From the NCBI GenBank assembly GCA_963920595.1, contig OY986947.1, positions 3,782,001 through 3,846,000 on the forward strand: a DNA stretch of 64,000 nt, given 5' to 3'. The position numbers and the translations under genes were made by a program. The notes beneath the pieces were generated by a model. That model was not told the origin of the DNA. It did no database searches and saw only the letters and a program-made list of their open reading frames with translations. The DNA is from Eimeria praecox. Its lineage: Eukaryota. Numbering within the stretch: the stretch's first letter is position 1; every line of letters starts with the position of its first letter. Below are positions 63,875 to 64,000 of the stretch, piece after piece.

Positions 63875-64000
63875 GATAGCAGCATCCTTTCTTGCTGTCC
63901 CTTCATTGCTGCAGCATTAGCTTGTGTATATCTTGCTCTTCCTAGGGTTTAGGGTTTAGGGTTTAGGGTCTAGGGTTTAGGGTTTAGGGTTTAGGGTCTA

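Noticed and set aside
63943..64000. (AGGGTTT)n at the window end as a true telomere
   Set aside because: Identical short arrays occur throughout the window inside introns, and the CBP3 gene appears to need further upstream exons.

Overview
Eukaryotic, intron-rich genomic DNA with the hallmarks of a repeat-rich segment of a coccidian (Eimeria-type) chromosome: pervasive (CAG)n/(CTG)n, interstitial telomere-like (AAACCCT)n/(AGGGTTT)n arrays, TGCATGCA octamers and GGGGCCCC palindromes. The taxon is inferred from these repeats. Most six-frame ORFs are repeat artefacts. Manual splicing at GT-AG sites gives seven genes: (1) a 5'-truncated hypothetical protein (+, 2-7314); (2) a PKA-catalytic-like AGC kinase with a very large insertion in its activation segment (+, 10770-23510); (3) a cytosolic carboxypeptidase (M14, Nna1/CCP/AGBL family; -, ~35967-24881); (4) a small predicted membrane protein (-, ~41537-40800); (5) a >2000-aa low-complexity protein (+, 47309-55161); (6) a COPI-associated/TVP15-like membrane protein that the ORF track misses because its short exons lie between telomere-like arrays (+, ~56527-58951); (7) a Cbp3/UQCC1 complex III chaperone (-, >63468-60621). 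The most notable observations are: introns bracketed by mutually complementary repeats that could fold to bring splice sites together; splice donors fused to telomere-like repeats; duplication of exon ends next to telomere-like repeats (four extra copies of the CBP3 3' end and a codon-biased copy of a kinase exon end); a dispersed GAGGTGTACGTACACCTC palindrome; and a repeat-poor island with a long hairpin and an exact 25-bp phased GGAGACAGTT array. All gene models are hand-spliced and lack transcript support.
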